The notes under the pieces are model-generated. The model saw only the letters and a program-made list of their open reading frames with translations, ran no database searches and was not told the DNA's origin. Below, piece after piece: positions 20,591 to 34,057 of a stretch of 64,000 nt of DNA; the first letter of the stretch is position 1, and each line of letters starts with the position of its first letter. The translations under genes were made by a program, and so were the position numbers. This stretch comes from Mustelus asterias (taxonomy: Eukaryota): positions 4,216,001-4,280,000 of the forward strand of contig NC_135823.1 in the NCBI RefSeq assembly GCF_964213995.1, given 5' to 3'.

Positions 20591-22644
20591 TTTAGAAATA
20601 GTTCCCAAACTTGGATATATCACACTCAGTCCACTCATGGAGATCATTAGTAAAGACTGAGTCTTAATTTTGAGTAACAACCATGTCTTTCACTCCGTTT
20701 CCAAACCCCCTGTGAAAATCCAAACACAATATATCGTGAAATTACTTGTTTTAAAACAGAATGAGTTGTTTTGATTTGGAATTCACTGCCTGAAAATGGC
20801 GCAGGAAGAAAATTAAACTGTATCTTTCAAAAGGGAAGTGGACAGATTCAAAATGAACAATGGGATTACTGGGAGAGCTTGTTCAAAGGGATATCATGGG
20901 TACAATTGGTGGAATGGCCTGCTTCGCTGCTCTGAGACTCATTTGCATTTGAAGAAAGTGGTAAATACCTGGAAACCACTTCCTACGAGGGGGAGAAAAA
21001 ACAGAGCTGATGGAATGTTTCCAAAAAGAATTTGGATGGGCACTTGAAGAAAATAAACCGACAGGGATTCAGGGATAGAACAGGGCATTAGTTTAATCTA
21101 CAGAGAGCTGTCATGGACCCAATGAACTGAATGGCACCAACCCCAATCTTAATTCCTGACTGATCTAAAGAGAGCGTCACCTGATGGGTATCCATAAAGC
21201 AAATGAAGGCAGCAACAAAGGTTGATGGTTAAAAGAGCTAACTCTGTGTCAGGCTGAGGATTGTGGGAGCAGCAAACAGAAGGGGTTTTGCAGTGAAGAA
21301 TGGGCACAGGAGCTGATTGGATGGTAGCTGTTGCTCTGCCTCAAATAGACATTGAGTGAACATAGACCCCTGTGCATTGTGCTCCTGAGAGAAATGCCAC
21401 CCCATGAGAGAGGCACGACTCTTTTTGTGACTAAAAGACAGTGATTGATTAGCTGTAGAAAGAAAAGAAAAGGGCTATTATAAAATTGCCAGACTCTGCT
21501 AGGGTTTTTGTTTAATCAACTTCGATGTAGAATTCACTCTATCAATGGGGAGCGAGTTTGTTAGTAATTATAATGAGGTGTTTTAAATACTTTGTAGTTT
21601 TAAAAGTACATGTAATACCTTTAATTAGTCCATACATATAAATATATCTTTTATATATTTTTAGAAGTTAAACAAAGAAACTTAGATGCACAGTTACGGT
21701 GCCCTTTGATACCAAATATATGTTAGGTACATTCATTTAAAACACCCAACTGTTGGAATCACAAGGCCATAAAGGACGCTTAATTGCCTCACCAGACACC
21801 TTATCAGAAACAACTGATACAAGAATGAGTTTTAATAAGGCTGCCTTCACAGTTTCTAATCAAAACAGAGTCAGAAAGATATTAATGTCACTTAGTGGGA
21901 ACTGACAAGAATTAATGGTAACATAATGATACCCCTTGAAACTAGGTAGTGATAAAAAGCTCAGCCATTGAATTGATAAGCAATATGTACGTGTTTCATT
22001 ATGTTGGCAATAAACAAAACTTATTAGGGCTATAATTGGAGAATTTCCTGAAGGCAAGTTGAGTTGACCACATTCCTTAGCGATTCAGTTAACTTCACCA
22101 ACAAGGCCATAAAATATTAATGGCTTTTGTAGGCCCCCTTTATCAATTAAAGAATGCCTATGTAAGACTGTTTCAATGAAGATGCTTTGTGAGGCTGCTA
22201 TCAAAATAGAGACATGATGTCTGACTAAGAGACTAGAGGACAGGCTTAGGGATGATATATTGGGGTATCCCACAAGATATCGTGATCTCACAGATGAGGA
22301 TGGTTCAGTATTTTCATTCTATTGGATCAATATGTAAAGTATGTCATTTGTAACACTTTTGATTGGATTGTGTCCAACTGACATTGAGCTGCAGAATTGT
22401 ATAAACCATGATGATTTTCTTTGTCCGGTGGAGTGCAGTCTCTGGCCCATAAAGTCAAGACCCTCCTCCCCTTGCCAGCAAGTAAATAAAGACAATCTGT
22501 CGGTTAAGTATCCTGTGTTAAGGTGTGTTTGTGTTAAAGTCAAACTTGGAAGTCGAGATTTTGACATAGTGCCTAAAGTAAGAGTTTATTTATTAGTCAC
22601 AGGTAAGGCTTATATTAACACTGCAATGAAGTTACTGTGAAATG

Positions 22645-23100
22645 TTTGCTGTTCTGTGACTATGTGACTGGAAGCACATTAAAGACAGTGAGACCCCTAT
22701 TAGAAGACAACAAAGGGGTTTTGTCAGTGTTGACCTGCAGGAACAACCAATGCACGAAGAAAGGTCCCCCGAGTCCAGGACTCAGGGATGTTGGAACAGA
22801 AGTCCATCGGCAGGAAGTCTGATCAACTCGCCTCTCCTTGCAATGAGTATAATTTGAGTTTAAGCCGTGAGTTTTGTGTTTTGTTTAATCAGTATTTTAG
22901 CAAGTGTTGAGTAAAAAGGCAGTTCAAGTGTTTATTGAATGTTTGAAGGTCATTGGCTTTCCAGCAAGTTAAGGAAAGAATGGTTCATGTTCATTGAGTG
23001 TTTTTCTTTAACCTTAATAAAAATTGAGTTATGCAAAATATTCTGTGTCAGCGTTTCGTTGTCCGCCACGTTGGTTGATACCCTAGTCAGAGGGTCAACA
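22645..23100 (+). mobile_element. LTR-like remnant
   Basis: AATAAA ~23016, ends ...GTCAACA; start uncertain. Confidence 0.3.
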
Positions 23101-23249
23101 AGAGAAATTTCAGCTGCTCCATTCTCTCCAACTCACTGAAGTCCCTCATCCCCGGAGCCATTCTCGTAAATCTCCTCTGCACCCTCTCTGAGAACTTCAC
23201 ATTTTTCCTAAAGTGTGGGGCCCATATATAGGCTTCCATTCGAGAGGGA

Positions 23250-23940
23250 TAGAATTGAAAAACAGGGGGGTTATATTCAACTTGTTTTGAACTAGGGTTA
23301 GACGACACTGGGAGCACTGTCAACATTTATGATCTCCATTTAGAAAAAGGAAATAGAGGCACTGGAGAAGAAGCAACAAAGATTCACAAGAATAATCCCA
23401 GAACTGAGAGCATTTCACCCTCAGGAAAGGCTGGGGCTGCTTTTCTCTGGAAAAGAGAAGACTGAAGGGTGACCTGATGGAAGCCTTTAAGATTATGAAG
23501 GGGTTCAATAATCCAAGAGGGATTTCGGAGAGAAACCTCTTTACCCAGCGAGTGGTAAGAATGTGGAACTCACTACCACAGCGAGTGGTTGAGGTGAATA
23601 GCATGAATACATTGAAGTGGAAGCTAGATACGTGAGGGAGAAAGGAATAGAAAGATATGTTAATGGGGGAGATGAAGAGGGGTGGGTGGAGGCTCATGTG
23701 GAGCATAAATACTGACATAGACCAATTGAGTCGACTGGCCTGGCCCTGTGCTGTAGACTGAATGGAACAGAGACAAATGTATTTATTTTAGATCCACCTG
23801 TAGTGGCAGGAAAAACACTTATTTACTATCCAGGATAAAATAAATGTCCTTCATCAGCTTTTGTGGATCATTTCAGTGGAAATGTGCTCTCCCAAGCTCA
23901 AAGAGTATCAGCCCATTGGAAGCAAATGAGACCAGCCAGA
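23250..23940. repeat. Segmental duplication block (paralog at ~39620-40580)
   Basis: Colinear, high-similarity CR1 fragment plus distal ZNF 3' UTR; the second copy has an extra SINE at 40003-40272. Confidence 0.8.
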
Positions 23941-23949
23941 ATATACCCG

Positions 23950-25270
23950 TTGTAAAGAACCTTGGTTAGGCCACAGCTGGAGTACTGTGAGCAGTTTTGG
24001 GTCTTTACCTTAGGGAAGATATTACTGCTAGAGAGGGAGTGTAACAAAGATTCACCAGACGTCTTCCTGTACTATGAAAAGAGATTGGGGAAACTGGGAT
24101 GTATTGTCTAGAGTTGTGAATAATGAGAGGTGATCTCATTGAAACTTAGAGAGTACTTAAAGAATAGACAGAGTAGGAGCAGGTGAGATGTTTCCCCTGG
24201 CTGGGGAGTCTAGAATGAGGGGGCACAATTTCAAAATAAGGGGGAAGCTACTTGGAATCGGTCTCAGAGGAGACATTTCTTTACTCAGAGGGTTGTGAAT
24301 CTTTGGAATTCTCTCCCCCAGAGGGCTGTGGAAGCTCAGTCATTGAGAGTGTTTAAAGTAGAGAGCAACAGATTTCCAAATCTCAATAACACAAAGGGAT
24401 ATGGGGGTAGTGTGAGGAAAATGGCATTGAAGTGGATGATGAGCCATGATCGCATTGAATGGTGGAGCAGGCTTGAGGGGCCGAGTGGCCTACTCCTGCT
24501 CCTAATTCATATGTGATCGCATCCTTTATAATAGATTATAGCATTTTCCCTCCTATTGAGTTAGGGTAACAGGTGTGTGGTTCCCCATTTTCTTTCTCCC
24601 TCCTTAAACAATGGGACCACCTTACCACCTTCCAATCTGCAGCAACCATTCCAGAATCTATAGAATTTGGAAAGATGACCACCAATGTATCCACTATCTC
24701 TCCAGCCGCCTCTTTCAACACTCTGGGATGTAGATCATCAGTTTTTTGGGATTTATTCACTTTCAACCTCATTAATTTCTTTAGTACTACTTTTTCACTC
24801 ATACTAATCTCTTTTAGTTCCTCATGCTCACTACTCTCTTGGTTCTCTAGTGTTTTTGGGATGATTTCTGTATCTTCCTCCGTGAAGACAGACCCACATT
24901 ATTTAGTGTCTCTGCCATTTCCCGATTCCCCATTATAAACACTCCTGTCTCTGCCTGGAATGGACCCACATTTGTCTTTGTTAATCTTTTCCTTTCCACA
25001 CACCAATAGGAGCTTTTCCAGTTGGTTTTTATGTTTCTCTGTTTCTCACCAGTTTGTTCTCATATTCTATTTCTCTTTATCAGTTTCTTGATCCTCCTTT
25101 GCTGAATTCTAAAACAAGTTCCCAATCCTCAGGATTACTACTATTTTGGCCACTTTATGAGTCTCTTCCTTCAATCTAATGGAATCTTTAACTTTTCTTA
25201 TTTGCCACGGTTACTTCACTTCGCCAGTTGGATTTTTGGTTCCTTAAAGGAATCTATATTTGTTGTATCT
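23950..25270. mobile_element. Two degenerate CR1 fragments (23950-24515 +, 24520-25270 -)
   Basis: NLWNSLPQRAVEA and DDLHPRVLKEAA..IVD.LVVIF motifs. Confidence 0.7.
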
Positions 25271-25280
25271 ATGTGAAATT

Positions 25281-25505
25281 AAAGTCACCATAGTCTAAGA
25301 GGGCCACAGGCTGCTGTCCCCTTTGAGAGAGAGAGAGAAAGAGTGCTGACTGGTGGTGATTTAACCCGAAGGTCACCATACTCAGGGGAGGGGCAAGGCT
25401 GTGATGGCAGGGCCTTCACAGATAACCTCAGCCAGTACAGGAGTTGAACCCGCTCTGTTGGCATCACTCCACATCATGAATTAGCCATCCAGCCAACTGA
25501 GCTAA
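25281..25505 (-). mobile_element. tRNA-derived SINE, third family (copy also at 34884-35055)
   Basis: Minus strand has A box AGCTCAGTTGG and B box GGTTCAACTCC; body GACTGGTGGTGATTTAA..GAGGGTCACCA shared with 34884-35055. Confidence 0.65.
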
Positions 25506-25829
25506 CTGATCCCCTTCCAAATACATAATAATCACTAAAATATTAGCTAGCACCTTCCTCCCATTATACCCTTTAATGTAGTTTTCCAATGCACCTTAGA
25601 CAACATGCCCCTCATACTTTGGTGGTTTTCTTCTGTGAGAAACAACTAGATATATCAGACAAAAGAATCATGTAATTACAACAGCCCATCTCCATGGCAA
25701 TGTGGCATACTTTGGGGAGTTCCGAGCAGAAATACGAATTAAATATCTTCCAACTGTGAAAATGAACAAAATGCAGCCCTGGACGTAACTGAGAGCAGAA
25801 ACAATAGCAGCAGAATCCAGCTCCTGTAA

Positions 25830-26840
25830 TCACTTGTGAACGCGCTGGTGTCTCCGCAGACTGGACGAATCACTAAATCCTTTCCCACACTGAGAGCAGG
25901 TGAATGGCCTCTCCCCAGTGTGAACTCGCTGGTGTCTTCGCAGGTGGGATGGATCACTGTATCCCTTCCCACACTGAGAGCAAGTGAATGGCCTCTCTCC
26001 AGTGTGAACTCGCTGGTGTGTTCTCAGGTTGCGTGCATGCATAAATCCCTTTCCACAGTCAGAGCAGGTGAATGGCCTCTCCCCAGTGTGAACTCGCTGG
26101 TGTGTCAGCAGAATGGATGACAGAGTAAATCCTTTCCCACAGATGAAGCAAATAAATGGCCTTTCACCAGTGTGAACTCGCTGATGAGTCTGCAGGGTGG
26201 ATGAATGACTGAATCGCTTCCCACACTGAGAGCAGGTGAATGGCCTCTCCCCAGTGTGAACTCGCTGGTGTGTCCTCAAGTGAGATGAATCACTGAATCC
26301 CTTCCCACACTGGGAGCAGGCGAATGGCTTCTCCCCAGTGTGAACTCGCTGGTGTCTCAAAAGGTGGGATGAATCACTGAATCCCCTCCCACACACGGAG
26401 CAGGTGAATGGTCTCTCTCCAGTGTGAACTCGCTGATGTACCTGCAAGTGGGATAAGTAAATGAATCCCTTCCCACACACAGTGCAGGTGAACGGCCTCT
26501 CCCCAGTGTGAACTCGCTGGTGTGCCCGCAGGTTAGATGACCGAGTGAATCCCTTCCCACACCAAGAGCAAGTGAATGGCCTCTCTCCGGTGTGAGCTCG
26601 CTGGTGTTTCTGTAGATCGGATGAATATCTGAATTGCTTCCCACATGCAGAGCAAGTGAATGGCCTCTCCCCAGTGTGAACTCTCTGGTGTGTCTGCAGA
26701 GTGAATAACTTAGTGAATCCCTTCCCACACACAGAGCAGGTGAACGGCCTCTCCCCAGTGTGAATGCGTCGATGAGCTTCCAGCGCAGATGGGGCTCTGT
26801 ATCCCTTCCCACAGTCCCCACATTTCCACACTTTCTCCAT
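25830..26840 (-). CDS. C2H2 zinc-finger protein ZNF-3, 12 fingers
   Basis: Intact array with canonical TGERP linkers; ATG at 26840; ends HQRVHK*. Confidence 0.92.
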   Translation of the reverse strand: MEKVWKCGDCGKGYRAPSALEAHRRIHTGERPFTCSVCGKGFTKLFTLQTHQRVHTGERPFTCSACGKQFRYSSDLQKHQRAHTGERPFTCSWCGKGFTRSSNLRAHQRVHTGERPFTCTVCGKGFIYLSHLQVHQRVHTGERPFTCSVCGRGFSDSSHLLRHQRVHTGEKPFACSQCGKGFSDSSHLRTHQRVHTGERPFTCSQCGKRFSHSSTLQTHQRVHTGERPFICFICGKGFTLSSILLTHQRVHTGERPFTCSDCGKGFMHARNLRTHQRVHTGERPFTCSQCGKGYSDPSHLRRHQRVHTGERPFTCSQCGKGFSDSSSLRRHQRVHK

Positions 26841-27632
26841 GATTTTGGTCTCCTGGTGCCTCTCCAAGTTGGACAATCAGTTGAAAACTTGACCACACAC
26901 AGAACACAGTCTCTCCCTGTTATTCAAGCTGTGTAACTGGTAAAAGTTATTTCCACAGAAAGTCCACTGGAACACTCTCACTTGGTTGGGTGTGTCTCAG
27001 TGCTTTGCCAATCACACTGATGTTTAAAATCATATGAAGCCAAAAAAACAGACAAACATTCCTCCTTCTGGATTAAAGGACCCATGATATTTAGGTTCAT
27101 AGGAATGGAGCGACTCTGACAGATCTATACGTGGTGTTTGAGATTTGTGTCTGTAATTCCTCCTCTTCCAGCGTCCTGTAAAAATAATTCATAAAAGTCA
27201 TGACTGTCAGCACAGGATAGAAATTCAGAAGTCAATTTCAGTTTCTATGGAACATTCTTTTCTCTCTCATTCCCCAAAAGCTGTAAATCTCCATCCCACA
27301 CACTCTCCCTCCATTCTCACTCTGCTGTATCTAATATTCACCCTCCCAATTCTCCTGAAGGTGCTGATTTAGTCTGATTGACAGATCCATGCTCATTGCT
27401 TCCTGTCCTGGACACAGAGAGCTGAAAATATTCAAGCTGACAGTCACGTTAAAGTTTTACATTTGGACATAAACGAGCAGACTGATGATGTGTGTAATAC
27501 ACTGTATTAGCTGTTAGAGATGCATGAAGAATGTGAGGAGGATCTTTATTTCAGCAGCGAGTGGTGACCTGGAAGTTAAAAATTGAAACCGAGAACGAGA
27601 AAAGAAACGGAGACGGAGAGAAAAGAAAATGT

Positions 27633-28220
27633 CTTACTCACAGATGTCGGCGACAGGAGGAAGTTTGAGTCTGTGTGAAGCTCAATGTTCATTCAGAGGG
27701 AGAGGAGCAGCAGCTTTGCTGGGCCGTGATGAACAGGTGAACAAGCTCATTGTCCAGCTTCCGCATTCAGACAATGGGGAGCTCTGATTGGTTGGAGGTG
27801 CAGAGTCCTTCCGGTCCTCCATAGTTCCCATTGGTCAATCCCCCGCAGACAGACAATGAGGGGCGGAGCCCCACGTGGGGGTGGGAGAGACTTTGCCCTC
27901 CAGCCGCGCTGAGCTGTGGTCCAATGGGAAAGGCTGCAAGACCGGGACAGAAAATGGTCAGCGCGCCGGCTTTGTCCCGGGTCCGCCCCTCACCCGCACA
28001 TGCGCATTCCCCAAAATCCCGCACATGCGCTTTATCCCCAGAAACCTGCACATGCGCACCGTCGATTCATTGCCTCTCATTGGCTTCGGCCAATAGGAAG
28101 AGTTGGAAGACCAGAAAGACTCTGGTCCTCCAGCCAATCAGAGCGCGGGCTTTGTGTGAATGAAGATGGGGCTTCAGACAGACTCAAACTTGCTCCTGTC
28201 GCCGACATCTGTGAGTAAAA
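27633..28220. promoter_or_regulatory. Bidirectional CpG-rich promoter B (ZNF-3/ZNF-4)
   Basis: Inverted CAGACTCAAACTT.CTCCTGTCGCCGACATCT|GTGAGT at both ends (donors 27641 -, 28211 +); three GCACATGCGC motifs (27996, 28021, 28047); several CCAAT and GC boxes. Confidence 0.78.
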
Positions 28221-28367
28221 CACTTTCTTTACTCCCCCTTTCCATTTCTTTTCTCATTCTGGGGGAAATTGGGGACTTGCAGCAACTGAAGGGAAAGGAA
28301 GTGAATCCAGGGAGGGGCAGACTCTGGAAAGGTTGGCCCAGGTCTCTCTCTGTCTCTTAAAGACATT

Positions 28368-28528
28368 GTAAGAAGTTTAACAACACCAGGTTAAAGTCCA
28401 ACAGGTTTATTTGGTAGCAAAAGCCACACAGTGTGGCTTTTGCTACCAAATAAACCTGTTGGACTTTAACCTGGTGTTGTTAAACTTCTTACTGTGTTTA
28501 CCCCAGTCCAACGCCGGCATCTCCACAT
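28368..28528 (+). mobile_element. Penelope-type pLTR insertion with perfect 62-bp inverted arms
   Basis: 28368-28429 is the reverse complement of 28431-28492; TSD CTTAAAGACATTG. Confidence 0.88.
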
Positions 28529-28669
28529 CTTAAAGACATTGACATCCTTTGCTCCCTCAGCTTGACACATTTATTTGTCTGCCTAAAAGGATGGTCTCTT
28601 TCCTAATGTTCACAATTAAAGGGCTGGTTTCCCCAGGAGACGGCTGACAGTAAATTAATAGTTGCACTT

Positions 28670-31330
28670 TTGATTAGGGAAAGCATCACGGCCGTACTGA
28701 GAGAGGAAATATCCGAGGGTTCAGTCACTGAGTCTATATGGGTAGAACTGAGAAATAAGAAGGGGGAAATCACTTTGATAGGGCTGTACTATAGGCCCCC
28801 AAATAGTCAGTGGGAAATTGAGGAGCAAATATGCAAGAAGATTACAGATAGCTCCAAGAAAAATAGGGTGGTAATAATCGGAGATTTTAATTTTCCCAAC
28901 ATTGACTGGGACAGCTTTAATATTAGAGGGTTGGATGGAGAGAAATTTGTTGAGTGTATTCAGGAGGAATTTCTCATTCAGTATGTGGATGGCCCGACTA
29001 GAGAGGGGGCAAAACTTGACCTCCTCTTGGGAAATAAGGAAGGGCAGGTGCCAGAAGTGTTAGTGAGGGATCACTTTGGGACCAGCGACCATAATTTTAT
29101 TAGTTTTAAGATAGCTATGGAGATTGATAGGTCTGTCCTAAAAGTTAATATTCTAAATTGGGGCAAGGCCAATTTTGATGGTATCAGGCAGGAACTTTCA
29201 AACATTAATTGGGGGAGTCTGTGGGAAGGCAAAGAGACGTCTGGTAAGTGGCATGCTTTCAAAAGTGTGTTAAGCAGGGTTCAGGGTAAACACATTCCTC
29301 TTAGAGTGAAGAGCAGGCTGGCAGAAGTCGGGAACCCTGGATGACTTGGGATATTGAGGCCCTGGTCAAGAAGTAGAAAGAGGCACATGGCATGCATAGG
29401 CAGCTGGGATCAAGTGAATCTCTTGAAGAGTATAGGGGGTGTAGGAGTAGAGTTAAAAGAGAAATCAGAAGGGCAAAAAGGGGACATGAAATTGTTTTGG
29501 CAGATAAGGCAAAGGAGAATCCAAAGAGCTTCTACAAATACATAAAGGGCAAAAGAGTAACAAGGGTGAGAGTAGGGCCTCTTAAGGATCAGCAAGGTCA
29601 TCTATGTGCGGATCCACAAGAAATGGGTGAGATCCTAAATGAGTATTTCTCATCAGTATTTACTGATGAGAAAAGCATGGATGTTAGGGAACTTGGGGAA
29701 ATAAATATTGATGTCTTGCGGAGTGTACATATTACAGAGAAGGAGTTGCTGGAAGTCTTAAAGCGCATCAAGGTAGATAAATCCCCGGGACCTGATGAAA
29801 TATATCCCAGGACGTTGTGGGAGGCTAGGGAGGAAATTGCGGGTCCCCTAGCCGAGATATTTGAATCATCGATAGTCACGGGTGAGGTGCCTGAAGATTG
29901 GAGAGTGGCAAATATTGTGCCTTTGTTTAAAAAGGGCTGCAGGGAAAAGCCTGGGAACTACAGGCCAGTGAGCCTCACATCTGTGGTGGGTAAATTGTTG
30001 GAAAGTATTTAGAGAGACAGGATCTACAGGCATTTAGAGATGCAAGGACTGATTAGGGACAGTCAACATGGCTTTGTGAGTGGAAAATCATGTTTCACAA
30101 ATTTGATTGAGTTTTTTTGAAGGGGTAACCAAGAAGGTAGATGAGGGCAGTGCAGTTGATGGACTTTAGCAAGGCCTTTGACAAGGTACCGCATGATAGG
30201 TTGTTGCATAAAGTTAAATCTCACGGGATCCAGGGTGAGGTATCTAAATGGATACAAAATTGGCTTCTTGACAGAAAGCCAGAGGGTGGTTGTAGAGAGT
30301 TGTTTTTCAAACTGGAGGCCTGTGACCAGCAGTGTGCCTCAGGGATCAGTGCTGAGCCCACTGTTATTTGTCATTTATGTTAATGATTTGGATGAGAATA
30401 TAGGGGGCATGGTTAGTCAGTTTGCAGATGACACCAAGTTTGGTGACATAGTGGACAGTGAAGAAAGTTATCTCCAATTGCAACAGGATCTTGATCAATT
30501 GGGCCAGTGGGCTGACGAATGGCAGATGGAGTTTAATTTAGATAAATGCGAGGTGATGTATTTTGGTAGATTGAACCAGGGCAGGACTTACTCAGTTAAT
30601 AGTAGGGCATTGGGGAGAGTTACAGAACAAAGAGATCTCGACGTACATGTTCATAGCTCCTTGAAAGTGGAGTCACAGGTGGACAGAGTGGTGAAGAAGG
30701 CATTTGGCATGCTTGGTTTCATCGGTCAGAACATTGAATACCGGAGTTGGGACGTCTTGTTGAAGTTGTACAAGACATTGGTAAGGCAACACTTGGAATA
30801 CTGTGTGCAATTCTGGTCACCCTATTATAGAAAGGATATTATTAAATTAGACAGAGTGCAGAAAAGATTTACTAGGATGCTACTGGGACTTGATGGATTG
30901 AGTTATAAGGAGAGGCTGAATAGACTGGGACTTTTTTCTCTGGAGCGTCGGAGGCTGAGGGGTGACTTTATAGAGGTCTACAAAATAATGAGGGGCATAG
31001 ACAAGGTAGATAGTCAATATCTTTTCCCAAATGTAGGGGAGTCTAAAACTAGAGGGCATAGGTTTAAGGTGAGTGGGGAGAGATACAAAAATGTCCAGAG
31101 GGGCAATTTTTTCACACGGAGGGTGGTGAGTGTCTGGAACAAGCTGCCAGAGGTAGTAGTAGTAGAGGGGGGTACAATTTTATCTTTTAAAAATCATTTA
31201 GATAGTATAGAGGGATATGGGCCAAATGCTGGCAATTGGGATTAGCTTAGGGGCTTTAAAAAAAAAGGCGGCATGGACAAGTTGGGCTGAAGGGCCTGTT
31301 TCCATGCTGTAAACCTCTATGACTCTAATA
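28670..31330 (+). mobile_element. HER1/CR1 LINE, long copy (APE endonuclease + RT, frameshifted)
   Basis: ESIWVEL, YYRPP, GDFNFP and SDH (endonuclease); NYRPVSLTSVVGK and FADDTK (RT); CR1 tail. Confidence 0.92.
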
Positions 31331-31419
31331 TAGGACAGAGATATATCTAGTGTTGTTCTGGTATATATTATTTATGGTTCTGTAATAAAACATTTATTAT
31401 TTCTCGTCTTGTAATATAG

Positions 31420-31925
31420 TACATAGAACATAGAACATTACAGCGCAGTACAGGCCCTTCGGCCCTCAATGTTGCGCCGACCAGTGGTACCAATCTAAAG
31501 CCCCTCTAATCTACACTATTCCAATATCATCCATATGTTTATCCAATAACCACTTGAACGCTCTCAACGTTGACAAGTCCACCACTGTTGCAGGCAGGGC
31601 ATTCCACGCCCTTACTACTCTCTGAGTAAAGAACCTACCTCTAACATCTGTCCTATATCTCTCACCCTCAATTTAAAGCTATGTCCCCTCGTGCTAGCCA
31701 ACACCATCCGAGGAAAAAGGCTCTCACTATCCACCCTATCTAATCCTCTGATCATCTTGTATGCCTCTATTAAGTCACCTCTTAACCTTCTTCTCTCTAA
31801 CGAAAACAACCTCAAGCCCCTCAGCCTTTCCTCATATGATTTTCCCACCATACCAGGCAACATCCTGGTAAATCTCCTCTGCACCCTTTCCAACACTTCC
31901 ACATCTTTCCTATAATGCAGCGACC
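31420..31925 (-). mobile_element. CR1 LINE 3' fragment
   Basis: ERVQRRFTRMLPG..LFSLERRRLRGDL; (TTCTATG)n tail. Confidence 0.85.
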
Positions 31926-32773
31926 GTTACTGAAGCTATGTTATATATCTCCAGTCATAGAGTTCTTACAACACAGGAGTCCATTTGACAATTGAATTGG
32001 TCCCATTCTGTAACTCTACAAATGCATTTTATTGCATTGCACATCCAATTTCACTTTGAAATAATTGACCATCACTGCTCGATTGCCCTCGTAAGCAGCA
32101 AGCTCAAAGTGAAGACCAATCACTGTCTAAGTAGAGATCTTTATCACAGACATCTGTATCTTCACCAACTGAAGCAGCCATGTACAGGAAGCAGTGAGCA
32201 TGGATCTGTCAATCAGCATCTTCAGGAGAATTGGGAGGGTGAATATTAGATACAGCAGAGTGAGAATGGAGGGAGAGTGTGAGGGATGGAGATTTACAGC
32301 TTTTGGGGAATGAGAGAGGAAAGAATGTTCCACAGGAACCAGACTTGTCTGTTCTGAATTTCTATCCTGTACTGACTGAGTTGGATTTTGTAAACTCCTT
32401 TTGCAGGATATTGGAAGTTGGAAATTACACAGATACAATTCTCCAAACAAACATCATGTGAGGATCTGACAGAATCACTCGATTCATCGGGACCTGAATA
32501 CCATTGGCCTTTGAATCTAGAAGGAAAAATGTTTGTCAATTCTTTCTGCCTCAGAAGATTTTAAACATCAGTTTGACTGGAACAGCACTGACGCACACAC
32601 ACACACACCTGAATGAAAGTGTTCCAGTGCACTTACTCTGGAAGATATTTAACCAGTTACACATCCTGAAAATAAATCACAGCATTCACAGCAGGGAAAG
32701 ACTAAATGTGTTCTTTGATGGACGAGGCTTCAACTGAACACTAAACCAGGAGAAACACAGGGACACCCATACC

Positions 32774-33448
32774 ATGGAGAAACCGTGGAAATGTGGGGAC
32801 TGTGGGAAGGGATTCCGTGCCCCATCTGATCTGGAGATTCATCGACGCAGTCACACTGGGGAGAGGCCGTTCACCTGTTCTGTGTGTGGCAAGGGTTTCA
32901 GTAAGTCATCCGTCCTGCAGACGCACGGGCGAGTTCACAGCGGAGAGAGGCCGTTCATCTGCTCTGACTGTGGGAAAGGATTCACTCATTCATGGAACTT
33001 GAAGACACACCAGAGAGTTCACACCGGGGAGAGGCCGTTCAGCTGTTCTGAGTGTGGGAAGGGATTCAGTCGGTTTTCCAGTCTGCAGACACACCGGCGA
33101 GTTCACACCAGGGAGAGGTTGTTCTCCTGTTCGGAGTGTGGGAAGGGATTCATTGATTCATCCAACCTGTGGAAGCACCAGCGAGTTCACACCGGGGAGA
33201 GACCATTCACCTGCTCCAAGTGTGGGAAGGGATTCTGTGATTCATCACATCTGCTGACACACCAGCGAGTTCACACGGGGGAGAGACCATTCAGTTGCAT
33301 TGACTGTGGGAAAGAATTCACTCAGTTCTCAAATCTGCTGACACACCGGCGACTTCACACTGGGGAGAAGCCATTCGTCTGCTCTGATTGTGGGAAGGGA
33401 TTCACTCAATTAATATGCTTGCAGAAACACCAGCGAGTTCACAAGTGA
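32774..33448 (+). CDS. C2H2 zinc-finger protein ZNF-4, 8 fingers
   Basis: 224-aa ORF; ACCATGG start; ends HQRVHK*. Confidence 0.9.
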   Translation: MEKPWKCGDCGKGFRAPSDLEIHRRSHTGERPFTCSVCGKGFSKSSVLQTHGRVHSGERPFICSDCGKGFTHSWNLKTHQRVHTGERPFSCSECGKGFSRFSSLQTHRRVHTRERLFSCSECGKGFIDSSNLWKHQRVHTGERPFTCSKCGKGFCDSSHLLTHQRVHTGERPFSCIDCGKEFTQFSNLLTHRRLHTGEKPFVCSDCGKGFTQLICLQKHQRVHK

Positions 33449-34057
33449 TGACAGGGGTTGGATTCTGCTGTTATTGCTGCTGTTAACCACAGCCAGTGAC
33501 TGAACCATGTTCATTCTGATAGTTGGTGAAGCAGGAGGGTTGGAGGGTTTCTTTCTGCTGGATTGGCCAGTCTCAGGACTTTGCTTCCAGTGGGCTGATA
33601 CTCTCTGAGTCTTGTAGCAAAATTCTGGTTTCATGTTCCATTTGGATCACAGAATTAAGTGGTGTTTTTAAGACCAAATACAATCAGTTCGTGTTTATTT
33701 TTGCAACCTCCCAATTATGCCAGATTGCCATGGAACTGGGCAGTGGAGGTTCGGAAGGTTCTTTTATTTTATTTATCTGGGTGTTTCTCAGTGGATCATT
33801 GGAGATAGGGACATGTATAGTTTGTAGTCCACTTGGAGGTCATGCAATGGGAGAGGAGGCTGGAAAATTAGCATAGCTTGGAGCTAGAAATTTCCAGTGG
33901 TCTCCAAGTTGAAAGGTTGTAAGCCATTTGGCCAAAGGTAGTCAGCTTGAACAGTGAGCTTGGAATGAGCTGTGGAGAAGCTGTAGGAGCAGGCTGGGGA
34001 AAATAAGTCAGTTTGTGCAAATTCAGCTCAAGAAGACAGTGGAACATATCACATAGA

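Noticed and set aside
28160-28360. KRAB/SCAN-like N-terminal coding exons
   Set aside because: No KRAB, SCAN or BTB signature; the ATG is not shared among promoter halves; the fixed TGA blocks joining to the finger ORF.
28368-28492. Pre-miRNA gene
   Set aside because: Perfect TE-derived fold-back with TSD, better explained by the insertion mechanism.
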